Assembly (NCBI GenBank): GCA_020634555.1 | Contig: JACKBK010000018.1 | Location: 987 to 64,986 of the forward strand | DNA length: 64,000 nt | Direction of reading: 5' to 3' | Origin: Caldilineae bacterium | GTDB taxonomy: Bacteria > Chloroflexota > Anaerolineae > JAAEKA01 | Shown: positions 52,801-61,506 of the stretch, one piece after another | Layout: each line of letters opens with the position of its first letter | How positions within the stretch are numbered: position 1 is the stretch's first letter | Program-made: the position numbers and the translations under genes | Notes under the pieces: generated by a model | What the model was told of the DNA's origin: nothing | The model's database searches: none | Seen by the model: only the letters and a program-made list of their open reading frames with translations

Positions 52801-55584
52801 CTAGCCTTCCAGCGCCGCCAGCCGCTCCTCGATCTGCGTCTGCTTGGCCTGCCACTCGGCCAACTGCTGGCGCGCGCCGGCGATCACGTTCTCAGGAGCG
52901 TTGTTGACGAAGCCGGGATTGGCCAGGCGCGCGGCGGTGCTGGTCGCCATCTTCTGCGCGTTGGCCAGCTCCTTTCGCAGCCGCGCCAGCTCCACGTCGA
53001 TGTCCACCAGATCCGCCAGCGGCAGCGCGACCGTGACGCCGCCGGCCACGGAAGACGCCGCCTTGGCCGGTATCTCCAGGCTCTCGGCTACGCTGGTGTG
53101 TTCCAGGTCCAGCCCGGCCAGCCCGGCGATCACCGGCAGCTCGCGCTGCACCAACTCGGCGTGCTTGCCGGCGCTGAACAGCGCGCCGATGCGCCGTCCC
53201 GGCGACACGTTGTATTCAGCACGCGCGTTGCGTATCGCCCGCACGATCTCCTGGATGCGCTCAAAGTCGGCCTCGATACGCTTGGTCCGCTTGCCAGTCT
53301 GTGGCCACGATGCGATGATCAACGCCTCCGGCCAATCGCCATCGCCAGACGGAACACCGGTGGCCAACGCACCCGCCCGCAACTGCTGCCAGATGTCCTC
53401 GGTCACGAACGGGATGAAGGGATGCAGCAGGCGCAGCGTCTGGTCCAGCACGCGCACCAGCAGGTGCGCCGTCTGCCAGGCCGTGTCGCCGCCGGCATCG
53501 AACTGGCTCTTGGCGATCTCGATGTACCAGTCGGCCACCTCGCCCCAGAGAAACTCATACGCCTGCCGGCCCGCCTCGCCGTACTGGTACGAGTCGAACA
53601 GCCGCGTCACCTCGGCGATCGTGTGGTTAAGCCGGCTCTCGATCCAGCGATCGGCGAGCGTCGGAGTCTCAGAGATCAGAGAGTCAGAGGTCAGAAGGTC
53701 AGAAGTCAGAGACTCAGAGACTGCCTGTCCTTCTGCTCCTCTGTCCCTCTGCTCCTCTGCCATCCTGCCCAAATTCGCCAGCGTGAAGCGGGTCGCGTTC
53801 CATATCTTGTTGGCGAAGTTGCGGTTGGCGCGCACCCGGTCGATGCTCAGGTTCATGTCGTTGCCGGGCGTCGAGCCGGTCAGCAGAGTGAAGCGCAGCG
53901 CGTCGGCGCCGAACTCGTCCATCACCTCGATGGGATCGATGACGTTGTTGAACGTCTTGGACATCTTGCGTCCCTGCTCATCTCTGACAAGGCCGTGCAG
54001 ATAGACGGTGTGGAAGGGGATGTCGTTGGTGTAGAGCAGCCCCTGCATGATCATCCTCGCCACCCAGAAGAACAGGATGTCATAGCCGGTCTCCAGCACA
54101 TCGGTGGGATAGTAGCGGCGCAGGTCGTCGGTGTCGTCGGGCCAGCCCAGCGTGCTGAACGGCCACAGTCCCGAGCTGAACCATGTGTCGAGCACATCGG
54201 GATCCTGCTCCAGCGCCGCCGGCTTGCCGTAGTGTTTGGTCGCCTGTTCCTGTGCTTCCTCTTCGCTGCGGGCCACAAACACCGTTCCGTCCGGCCCGTA
54301 CCAGGCAGGGATGCGGTGTCCCCACCAAAGCTGGCGGCTGATGCACCACGGACGCAGGTTCTCCAACCAGTGGTAATACACCTTGGTGAAGCGCTCAGGC
54401 ACGATCTGGATGGCGCCGCTGCGCATGGCTGCCAGCCCCAGCGCGGCCATGCCGTCGGTGTTGACGAACCACTGCTTGCTGATCAGCGGCTCGATGATCT
54501 CGCCGCCGCGCTGGGCGCGCGGCACGGTCAGTGCATACGGCTCTTCTTTGATCACCAGCCCGGCGGCGCGCATGTCTTCCCACAGCTTGCGGCGCGCCTC
54601 GAAACGCTCCATCCCGGCGTACGGCCCGGCCTCGGCGTTGAGCGTGGCGTCCTTGTTCATCACGTTGATGATCGCCAGTCCGTGGCGCTGGCCGATCTCG
54701 AAGTCGTTGGGATCGTGGCCGGGGGTGATCTTCAGCGCGCCGGTGCCGAAGTCGGTGGACACATAGGTGTCGTGGATCACCGGGATGGTGCGGTTGAGCA
54801 TCGGCACCAGACAGGTGCTGCCGATCAGGTGGCGGTAGCGATCGTCGTCGGGATGCACGGCCACGGCGGTGTCGCCCAGGATCGTCTCAGGGCGAGTGGT
54901 AGCCACGGGGATATAGCCCTTGCCCGGCCCTTCGTCCAGGCTATGGCCGGCCAGCGGGTATTTGAAGTAGTAGAGCGTTCCCTGCTCTTCGCTGTACTCC
55001 ACCTCCACGTCGCTGACGGCAGTCTGCAGCCCGGGCGACCAGTTGACGATGTACTCGCTCTGGTAGATGAGACCCATCCGGTGCAGGCGCACGAACGCCT
55101 CGGCCACCGCTCGGCTCAGCCCCTCGTCCAGGGTGAAGCGCTCGCGGTCCCAGTCGCAGCTCGCGCCCAGCCGGCGGATCTGGCCGGTGATGCCGCTGTG
55201 CTTCTCGTCCTTCCATGCCCAGCAGGCCTCCAGAAAGCGCTCGCGACCGAGTTCCTCGCGGCTGGTGCCCTCGTTGCGCAGCTTGCGCTCGACCTGAAGC
55301 TGGGTCGCGATGCCGGCGTGATCGGTGCCGGGCACCCACAGCGCTGCCTTGCCCTGCATCCGCGCGTAGCGGATCATCAGGTCCTCCAGAGCGACGAAGA
55401 GCGCGTGTCCCTGGTGCAGGACGCCGGTCACGTTGGGCGGCGGGATGGAGATCACGAACGGTTTGGCGTCCGGGCCGGCAACCTCCGGCTTGAACCAGCC
55501 GTTCTGCTCCCACCAGTCATACAGCCGCCCCTCCGCGGCATCGAAGTCGTAGGTTTTGGGCATGTCAAATGGGTTGTTGGTCAT
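52801..55584 (-). CDS. valS: Valine--tRNA ligase
   Basis: 927 aa. HIGH-type motif PPPNVTGVLHQGH, the KMSKS motif (RKMSKTF), an editing domain and a C-terminal coiled coil. A low-complexity insert lies in the loop before LADRWI. Confidence 0.95.
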   Translation of the reverse strand: MTNNPFDMPKTYDFDAAEGRLYDWWEQNGWFKPEVAGPDAKPFVISIPPPNVTGVLHQGHALFVALEDLMIRYARMQGKAALWVPGTDHAGIATQLQVERKLRNEGTSREELGRERFLEACWAWKDEKHSGITGQIRRLGASCDWDRERFTLDEGLSRAVAEAFVRLHRMGLIYQSEYIVNWSPGLQTAVSDVEVEYSEEQGTLYYFKYPLAGHSLDEGPGKGYIPVATTRPETILGDTAVAVHPDDDRYRHLIGSTCLVPMLNRTIPVIHDTYVSTDFGTGALKITPGHDPNDFEIGQRHGLAIINVMNKDATLNAEAGPYAGMERFEARRKLWEDMRAAGLVIKEEPYALTVPRAQRGGEIIEPLISKQWFVNTDGMAALGLAAMRSGAIQIVPERFTKVYYHWLENLRPWCISRQLWWGHRIPAWYGPDGTVFVARSEEEAQEQATKHYGKPAALEQDPDVLDTWFSSGLWPFSTLGWPDDTDDLRRYYPTDVLETGYDILFFWVARMIMQGLLYTNDIPFHTVYLHGLVRDEQGRKMSKTFNNVIDPIEVMDEFGADALRFTLLTGSTPGNDMNLSIDRVRANRNFANKIWNATRFTLANLGRMAEEQRDRGAEGQAVSESLTSDLLTSDSLISETPTLADRWIESRLNHTIAEVTRLFDSYQYGEAGRQAYEFLWGEVADWYIEIAKSQFDAGGDTAWQTAHLLVRVLDQTLRLLHPFIPFVTEDIWQQLRAGALATGVPSGDGDWPEALIIASWPQTGKRTKRIEADFERIQEIVRAIRNARAEYNVSPGRRIGALFSAGKHAELVQRELPVIAGLAGLDLEHTSVAESLEIPAKAASSVAGGVTVALPLADLVDIDVELARLRKELANAQKMATSTAARLANPGFVNNAPENVIAGARQQLAEWQAKQTQIEERLAALEG

Positions 55585-55602
55585 GATGAGTCCTTGAATC
55601 GA

Positions 55603-56367
55603 TTATTTCGGGCTGTTACCAACCAGCCGCACTTCCCAGTCACACGACAACTCGCGCACGTTGCTCAAGCCGGCTGCCTCCATCAGTTCTATCACCTCCG
55701 CGCGCCGCCACATGCGGTAGCGCAGCGGATACACCTCCGTCTGCCAGCCGTCGGCGCTTTCCTGCGAGAAGAAGACCTCGAACGTCACCAGCGGATCGTC
55801 GTAGCTCCACAGGTCCCACAACACCGTACGCAGGCCGGGAGCAGGCGCGTCCTTGTGTTCGTGACGGAATCGGAAACGCGGCCGCTCGGTGGCAATGGCA
55901 TCCCAGTCGCGCTGGCCGACGATGACCAGCCCGCCGGGCCGCGTCTGGTCCACCATCTGGCGCAACGCGGCCTGCATATCGGTCTCGGTCAACAGATGTG
56001 GCAACGAGTTGCCCAGCGACACCACGGCGTCGAACGGGCCGGCGAACGGGACGCGGTCCAGAAAACGCACGTCGGCGCGGTGCCACATCACGGACACACC
56101 AAACTCCGCTGCCCCACGCTGCGCCACGGCCAGGTTCTCGTCGCTGAGATCGCTGGCCGCCACATCATAGCCGTTCAGCGCCAGGGCAATAGCCTGAGTG
56201 CCGATGCCGCAGGTGCAGTCCAGCACGTTGCGAACGCCGAACGGGCGCAGAATCCCGTCCAGCCAGGCGCCCTCCTGTTTCATGTAGGCGTGCCAGTCGC
56301 GGTAGAACAGCCGGTGCCGGTTGGCCACCGCGTCGTAGAAGGTCTCGCTGTTGGTTGCTAAAGCCAC
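55603..56367 (-). CDS. Class I SAM-dependent methyltransferase (small-molecule N-methyltransferase-like)
   Basis: 254 aa with a GTG start. VLDCTCGIGTQAIALALNGYDVAASDLS (motif I plus the acidic residue). The ORF ends 18 nt before the valS start. Confidence 0.8.
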   Translation of the reverse strand: MALATNSETFYDAVANRHRLFYRDWHAYMKQEGAWLDGILRPFGVRNVLDCTCGIGTQAIALALNGYDVAASDLSDENLAVAQRGAAEFGVSVMWHRADVRFLDRVPFAGPFDAVVSLGNSLPHLLTETDMQAALRQMVDQTRPGGLVIVGQRDWDAIATERPRFRFRHEHKDAPAPGLRTVLWDLWSYDDPLVTFEVFFSQESADGWQTEVYPLRYRMWRRAEVIELMEAAGLSNVRELSCDWEVRLVGNSPK

Positions 56368-56388
56368 GATTGCCTGCCTTGTCGATCC

Positions 56389-57156
56389 CTAAAGTTTCTT
56401 TGCCACGATCACCAGCCGGCTGTTGAACGGCTCGAATGGGTTTTCGTCCAGCGGCGTGGCCAGATTGCCGTAATAGGCTATCGGTTCCAGCCCGGCTGCT
56501 TGCAGCATCGCCGTCAGTTCGGTAGCGGTGTACAGGTGAACCCGGAAGTACAAACTCTGCCGCTCGCCCCGATCATCGCTCCACAGCCAAAACTCGGTGT
56601 TGGTTCCACCGATCGCGTCGAACTCGCGGCTGACGCAGACCAATAGATCGTCCACCTCGAACCAGTCGGTGGGACGGTAGTTGTGTACCACTGCATCGCG
56701 CTGCGCGAGGTCGATGACGAAAACACCGCCCGGCCGCAGCACCCGCGCCACCTCAGCCAGCACCTGCTGGTTATCGTCCGGTTCGTCGAAGTAGCCAAAG
56801 GCCGAGAACATGTTGAGCACCGCGTCGAACTTGCTGGACCAGTCCGCCGGCAGAGTACGCATGTCGCCTTCCTGCCATGTGACATCGAGGCCGGCCCGCG
56901 CGGCCGCGGTTTGAGCCTGATCCAGCAAGAACACCGACAGGTCGGAGCCGGTCACGCGATGACCGGCCTGTGCCAGCGGCAGTGCAATACGCCCGTAGCC
57001 ACACGCCAGGTCAAGCACACTGGCTGCATCGCCGCAGTGCTGCTCCAGCAGGACCAGCAGCGCCTCGACTTCCTGGTCGGTGCGCAGCGGCGGCCGCGCC
57101 TCGGCGAACATGCGCAGGTATTTCTCATCAAACAGGTCTTGCCACCAGTGGGTCAT
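56389..57156 (-). CDS. Class I SAM-dependent methyltransferase
   Basis: 255 aa. VLDLACGYGRIALPLAQAGHRVTGSDLS and LRPGGVFVID. First gene after the T-box leader. Confidence 0.8.
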   Translation of the reverse strand: MTHWWQDLFDEKYLRMFAEARPPLRTDQEVEALLVLLEQHCGDAASVLDLACGYGRIALPLAQAGHRVTGSDLSVFLLDQAQTAAARAGLDVTWQEGDMRTLPADWSSKFDAVLNMFSAFGYFDEPDDNQQVLAEVARVLRPGGVFVIDLAQRDAVVHNYRPTDWFEVDDLLVCVSREFDAIGGTNTEFWLWSDDRGERQSLYFRVHLYTATELTAMLQAAGLEPIAYYGNLATPLDENPFEPFNSRLVIVAKKL

Positions 57157-57170
57157 GGGTCTTCCTTGCG

Positions 57171-57279
57171 GTGATCGGTGTTCAGTGACCAGTGATCAGT
57201 TATCAGTAGCCAGCCAGCAGATGGTCGACATCTCTGCACCATTCACCGTTCACCATTAACTATTAACCATTAACCAATT
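57171..57279. repeat. Two heptanucleotide tandem arrays in the spacer between the T-box terminator and the first methyltransferase gene
   Basis: 57171-57220 reads GTGATCG GTGTTCA GTGACCA GTGATCA GTTATCA GTAGCCA GCCAGCA. 57238-57279 reads ACCATTC ACCGTTC ACCATTA ACTATTA ACCATTA ACCAATT. Confidence 0.8.
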
Positions 57280-57602
57280 AAAAACCCCTTCCATCACAAG
57301 GACGAAAGGGGAGTTCGCGGTACCACCTTGTTTGGCAGCCGGCGCCAGCCAACTGCCCACTCATGCGCTGTAACGGGCGTTCCCGGGATGGCCTGCCCGG
57401 TATTCGGTAATCCGTATTCGGTGATCGGAGGTCTTTTTCCGATTACTGTTTACCGATCACCGTTCACCGATTGAGCCACCCGACTCCCCGGCGACCTTCG
57501 GCGGTGCTCACGTCCGGGCAGGCTTTCAGTCGCTGACCTGCCCTCCCTGGTGACGGCGTGCCGCCTACTCCTCCGGTTCACAGTCGTTGCTGGTTTTCGA
57601 TT
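57280..57602 (-). promoter_or_regulatory. T-box riboswitch leader with an intrinsic terminator; predicted Val (GUC) specifier
   Basis: The minus strand contains the T-box sequence AAGGUGGUACCGCGAACUCCCCUUUCGUCC (GGUGGUACCGCG at 57316-57327). It is followed by the terminator CCCCUU..AAGGGG plus UUUUU (A-run at 57280-57284). Stem I elements: AGGAGUA, an AGCGA bulge motif and UGAAAG. The specifier-loop 3' side GAAGGUCG places GUC (57493-57495) directly before the closing helix. Confidence 0.8.
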
Positions 57603-57608
57603 GCCTCG

Positions 57609-57637
57609 ATTATAGCCTGAACAACGTTGGCTGTCAA
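57609..57637 (-). promoter_or_regulatory. Consensus sigma-70-type promoter of the T-box/valS operon
   Basis: The minus strand reads TTGACA, a 17-nt spacer, then TATAAT (perfect hexamers). Confidence 0.65.
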
Positions 57638-57962
57638 CCCGTAAATGCTCGGCAAAGCCGCATGCCAAGAAGAACTCGTCGCGATTTTTCTATGGAAGCG
57701 ACCTGTGAGAAAATTGGGGAGATCACAGGCTGTTTGTATCACCCTGCCAGCGCCGATGAGATCACCGAGTTCAATCGCCGCGTCAAGACGCTCGAAGACA
57801 GAATGCGCAGCTCCGGCGAGCTTTGAAAATTGCGAGCAGCCAGGCGCACAAAGTGTACCAGGGCAGACGACCATCGGATGTCTTGGCTGAACAACGAAAC
57901 TGGTCAGGTAAGGGTGAAGCTGTCACCCCCGTTCTCTCTCTAGTCTTACCTACAACGCTTCC

Positions 57963-58916
57963 ATGGTTTTCCTGACTGCCTTCTCAAAAGTTCTCCCTGT
58001 CTTCCTGCTGATCCTGCTGGGCGTGCTGCTGCGGCGCATCCGGTTGGTGCGGCCGGAGTCCATCGCCGACATCAAGAAACTGGTGGTCAACGTCACACTG
58101 CCGGCTGCGTTGTTTTTGGCGTTCACGCAGGTGACCATCGAGTTGCACTACCTGCTGATCGTCGTCACGGTCTTCGTCGCCTGCTGGCTGGTGCTGTTGC
58201 TGGGACGCCGGCTGCACGGCGTGCTTCACATCGACTCGCCGTTCATGCCGCCGCTGTTAACCGGCTTCGAGGCCGGGATGATGGGCTACGCTATCTACGG
58301 CGCGGTCTACGGCACCGATAACATCTGGCGCTTCGGCATCATCGATCTCGGCCAGGTGCTGTTCGTCTTCTTCGTGCTGGTGCCCGGCCTGAAGCGCCTG
58401 TCCACCGGAGCGACCTCGTTCCGCGAGACATTGCTGGGCTTCCTCAAGACGCCGGTGATCCTGGCCATCCTGGCCGGCCTGCTTGCCGGCCAAATCGGCC
58501 TAAACGATCTGCTTGCCGAGTCGTCCATCGGCGAAAGCGTCCTCGAAACCCTGCGGCTGATCGGCAGCATGACCACGCCACTGGTGGCCATCGCCATCGG
58601 CTACGAGCTGCAACTGCGGGCCGGCGAGATCGGCCGGCCGCTACGTACCATCGCCGTACGCCTGTTGATCTGGGTTCCGGCCGGTGTGGCCTTCAGCCTG
58701 CTGGTGGTCGGGCGCCTGCTGAACCTGGACCCGGCGTTCCAGGCTGCCGTGCTGACCATGGCTATCCTGCCGCCGCCTTTTGTCATCCCCCTGTTCATGC
58801 CCAACGCCGAGGAAGCGGACGTCAACTTCGTGGTCAACGCGCTGACCCTCGCGATCCTGGTGACGCTGGTTGCCTACCCGCTGATCCCCGCCCTGTTCCC
58901 ACCGGCGGTTGGATAA
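57963..58916 (+). CDS. AEC (auxin efflux carrier) family transporter
   Basis: 317 aa with about 10 TM helices. The N-terminus VLPVFLLILLGVLLRR is typical of the AEC/membrane transport family. Confidence 0.75.
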   Translation: MVFLTAFSKVLPVFLLILLGVLLRRIRLVRPESIADIKKLVVNVTLPAALFLAFTQVTIELHYLLIVVTVFVACWLVLLLGRRLHGVLHIDSPFMPPLLTGFEAGMMGYAIYGAVYGTDNIWRFGIIDLGQVLFVFFVLVPGLKRLSTGATSFRETLLGFLKTPVILAILAGLLAGQIGLNDLLAESSIGESVLETLRLIGSMTTPLVAIAIGYELQLRAGEIGRPLRTIAVRLLIWVPAGVAFSLLVVGRLLNLDPAFQAAVLTMAILPPPFVIPLFMPNAEEADVNFVVNALTLAILVTLVAYPLIPALFPPAVG

Positions 58917-59076
58917 CCGCTTTTATACATAACGCGCCATCAATTCGCTATTTTTCGCAATATGACTATAATAATCCCTCGTTGCGCCCGACGACGGAGC
59001 GCGACACAAAGCAAAACCTGTAGATATTCGGGCTGAGAGTGCGACTTGGCTCACAGGAGTCAAGGAGTACTCCCAT

Positions 59077-60351
59077 ATGAAATTCGAACAACTATCCCTG
59101 GACGCGCGCGTCCTGGCCGGCGTCAAAGCGGCCGGCTATACCTCCCCCACCCCCATTCAGGAACAAGCGATACCGGTCGTCATGCAGGGACGTGACGTTC
59201 TCGGGCTGGCACAGACCGGCACCGGCAAGACAGCCGCGTTCATGCTGCCCATCCTGCACCGCCTGGCGACCCAGCGCGGTCCGCGCGGTGTGCGCGCGCT
59301 GATCCTGGCGCCAACCCGCGAGCTGGCGGAGCAGATCCACCAGGCCACTGCCGACTATGGCCGGCAGACACGGCTGCGAAGCGTCACCATCTACGGCGGC
59401 GTCAACCCAAGGCCGCAAATTGAAGCGCTGCGGCGCGGCGTCGAGATCGTCGTCGCCTGCCCCGGACGTCTGCTGGACCACATCAGCGCCGGCGCTATCG
59501 ATCTCTCCAAGGTCGAGGTACTGGTACTGGACGAGGCCGATCGTATGTGCGACATGGGCTTCCTGCCCGACGTTCGGCGTATCCTGAAGCACGTGCCGGC
59601 CCGCCGCCAGACGCTCTTCTTCTCGGCCACCATGCCCGACGAGATCCGCACCCTGGCCAACGACATTCTGAAGAACCCGGTAACGGTGCAGATCGGCATG
59701 ATCGCCCCGGCCAAGACGGTCTCGCACGCGCTGTATCCGGTGTCCGACAAGCGCAAGAAGGACCTGCTGCTGGCCATGCTGGAAAGCACCGCCACCGCCC
59801 GCGTGCTGGTTTTTACCCGCACCAAGTGGCGAGCGCGCAACCTGGCGCGGGACCTGGAGAAGCGCGGCTATCGCGCCTCGGCGCTGCAGGGCAACATGAC
59901 GCAGAACCGCCGCCAACAGGCTATCGACGGCTTCCGCGATGGCAAGTACGACATCCTGGTGGCCACCGACATCGCCGCGCGCGGCATCGACGTGTCAGAG
60001 ATCTCGCACGTGATCAACTTCGACATGCCGGACACCGTGGACGCCTACACCCACCGCATCGGCCGCACGGGTCGCGCCCACCAGTCGGGCGAAGCGTTCA
60101 CCTTTGTCTCCCAGAACGACGAGGCCATGGTGCGCAGCCTGGAGCGTCTACTGGGCGATCCCATCGAACGCCGCCACCTGCCAGGCTTTGACTATGGTGT
60201 AGCTGTCGCTGACAGCCGGCCACAGCCGGAGCAGCATAGCCGGCAGCCCCAACGCCCGCCCTCCCATAGCTCGACCACCCGCCAAAAGCCGGCCAACACA
60301 TCCCGCCCGCGCCGCAGACAACCGCGCCGCCGCTACACGACGCAGGGCTAA
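59077..60351 (+). CDS. DEAD-box ATP-dependent RNA helicase
   Basis: Q-motif region GYTSPTPIQ, AQTGTGKT, PTRELA, the DEAD box (VLDEADRM), SAT (FSATMP) and HRIGRTGR. Basic C-terminal tail. Confidence 0.95.
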   Translation: MKFEQLSLDARVLAGVKAAGYTSPTPIQEQAIPVVMQGRDVLGLAQTGTGKTAAFMLPILHRLATQRGPRGVRALILAPTRELAEQIHQATADYGRQTRLRSVTIYGGVNPRPQIEALRRGVEIVVACPGRLLDHISAGAIDLSKVEVLVLDEADRMCDMGFLPDVRRILKHVPARRQTLFFSATMPDEIRTLANDILKNPVTVQIGMIAPAKTVSHALYPVSDKRKKDLLLAMLESTATARVLVFTRTKWRARNLARDLEKRGYRASALQGNMTQNRRQQAIDGFRDGKYDILVATDIAARGIDVSEISHVINFDMPDTVDAYTHRIGRTGRAHQSGEAFTFVSQNDEAMVRSLERLLGDPIERRHLPGFDYGVAVADSRPQPEQHSRQPQRPPSHSSTTRQKPANTSRPRRRQPRRRYTTQG

Positions 60352-60356
60352 CGCGC

Positions 60357-60390
60357 AGAAGTCCGGCTTCCCGGAAGAAGCCGGACTTCT
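60357..60390. terminator. Hairpin at the end of the DEAD-box helicase gene; candidate terminator
   Basis: AGAAGTCCGGCTTC-CCGGAA-GAAGCCGGACTTCT forms a 14-bp perfect stem. No U-tract. Confidence 0.45.
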
Positions 60391-60397
60391 CAAACTG

Positions 60398-60424
60398 AAC
60401 GCCCCGCCGATCTGGCGGGGCGTT
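60398..60424. terminator. Second hairpin between convergent genes; candidate terminator
   Basis: AACGCCCCGCC-GATCT-GGCGGGGCGTT, the same architecture and GATCT loop as the terminator at 42849. Confidence 0.5.
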
Positions 60425-60441
60425 GTGATTCGGGAGGCGAC

Positions 60442-60696
60442 TCAGAAGCGGAAGTGGACGAAAATGCGGCCGTGGTTGCGGTCGTCCTTCTCGAGACGAT
60501 GATACTGTGCCTTGATGTGCGGCTGGTTGAGGAAACGCAACACGTGCTTCTTCAACTGCCCGCTGCCCTTGCCGGGAATGATCTCCACCAGCGTGATGCG
60601 TTTATCCACCGCTTCTTCGATGACGCGGTTCAGCTCCGCGTCAATGGTCGCGCCGCGGTTGTAGATGTCGTGCAGGTCGAGTTTCAGCTTTGCCAT
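60442..60696 (-). CDS. Smr-domain protein
   Basis: 84 aa. LKLDLHDIY..VEIIPGKGSGQLKKHVLRFL resembles the Smr (MutS2 C-terminal) domain LDLHG..hGkG pattern. Confidence 0.65.
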   Translation of the reverse strand: MAKLKLDLHDIYNRGATIDAELNRVIEEAVDKRITLVEIIPGKGSGQLKKHVLRFLNQPHIKAQYHRLEKDDRNHGRIFVHFRF

Positions 60697-60738
60697 AGAG
60701 TTCTTGAAAATGAGAGATTTCTGATGTGGAGAGCCTTC

Positions 60739-61167
60739 CTAATTCTCAGCCGCAAGCTTTATCCACGATTGATTGACCACGTTAACCAGACGTCGATCCG
60801 CTGTCCAGAGATCGCAGCCTCGCAGTTCTGCCGCCGCCAGATAGAAGCTGTCGTACGCTGCAGCTCGCCCCAACCGCCTGGTCCAGTCGAACGCCCGACG
60901 CGATTGATCTTCATCAGGCTCAATCAATTGCACGCCCATTCGATACACAATCGACAAGCCTGAGCGCGCTTCATCCTCACGCAGGCTACCAAAATGAACC
61001 GCCTTGGCAAATATGGACGTCACTTCATAAAGCCACAACGCGGGCGCGCAGAGCCGCAAATCCTCTTGGCTCCACCGGCGAAAGAGTTGCTGAATATAGC
61101 CCCGTTGCGGATTTGGAACCAGTAGATTGAAGGCAACTCCAGAATCAATCACCACGTAAGTAGTCAT
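60739..61167 (-). CDS. vapC: PIN-domain toxin (VapC type)
   Basis: ORF 60739..61245 trimmed to the ATG at 61167 (MTTYVVIDSGVAFNLLV...). Acidic residues in PIN order: VIDSG, YEVTS, AYDSFYLAAA and WTADRR. Confidence 0.75.
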   Translation of the reverse strand: MTTYVVIDSGVAFNLLVPNPQRGYIQQLFRRWSQEDLRLCAPALWLYEVTSIFAKAVHFGSLREDEARSGLSIVYRMGVQLIEPDEDQSRRAFDWTRRLGRAAAYDSFYLAAAELRGCDLWTADRRLVNVVNQSWIKLAAEN

Positions 61168-61471
61168 GCTGCGCCTCCTGGTCAGCCTTTTCCGCAGCAA
61201 GGATTGCCTCAGTATCCACCTGCGCGCCGTGCAACCGATCGGCAATTCGGGCCACCAACCGATTGCTTTCTACCAACCACGCTTCTTGTTTGCTTTGGTT
61301 TCTAACGGCTGCGTCCTGTACCAGGTACTCATAATCTTCGATGCTCACAATCGCAGCCTTTGGCTTTCCGCGCGACGTTAGCACAACACGCTCACCACCA
61401 TATGCCACCCTATTGATGAGATGAGAAATATCTCGTTTCACCTCACCTATGCTCACATGTAGTTCGTCCAT
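61145..61471 (-). CDS. Type II antitoxin (Phd/YefM-fold, VapB partner)
   Basis: 108 aa. VSIGEVKRDISHLINRVAYGGERVVLTSRGKPKAAIVSIEDYEYL. It overlaps the toxin start by 23 nt. Confidence 0.75.
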   Translation of the reverse strand: MDELHVSIGEVKRDISHLINRVAYGGERVVLTSRGKPKAAIVSIEDYEYLVQDAAVRNQSKQEAWLVESNRLVARIADRLHGAQVDTEAILAAEKADQEAQHDYLRGD

Positions 61472-61506
61472 GGTGCCATCCTTATTGCAATTTCCTGATA
61501 GACATC

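Noticed and set aside
53098-56361. 1087-aa plus-strand ORF, the longest in this part of the window
   Set aside because: It is entirely antisense to valS and a methyltransferase, which have clear family motifs. The composition is Arg/Ala/Gly/Pro-rich with no motifs, a typical GC-driven shadow ORF. The same applies to 16636..18342 (-), 61591..63168 (-), 28887..29912 (-), 33892..34911 (-), 43747..44361 (+), 1109..1924 (+) and 50084..51031 (+).
57587-57826. 79-aa plus-strand ORF in the AT-richer gap between the T-box promoter and the AEC transporter gene
   Set aside because: It overlaps the minus-strand promoter and leader start, has no Shine-Dalgarno sequence before either candidate ATG (57662, 57692) and has no recognisable motif. 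A real small protein cannot be excluded, but there is not enough support to call it.
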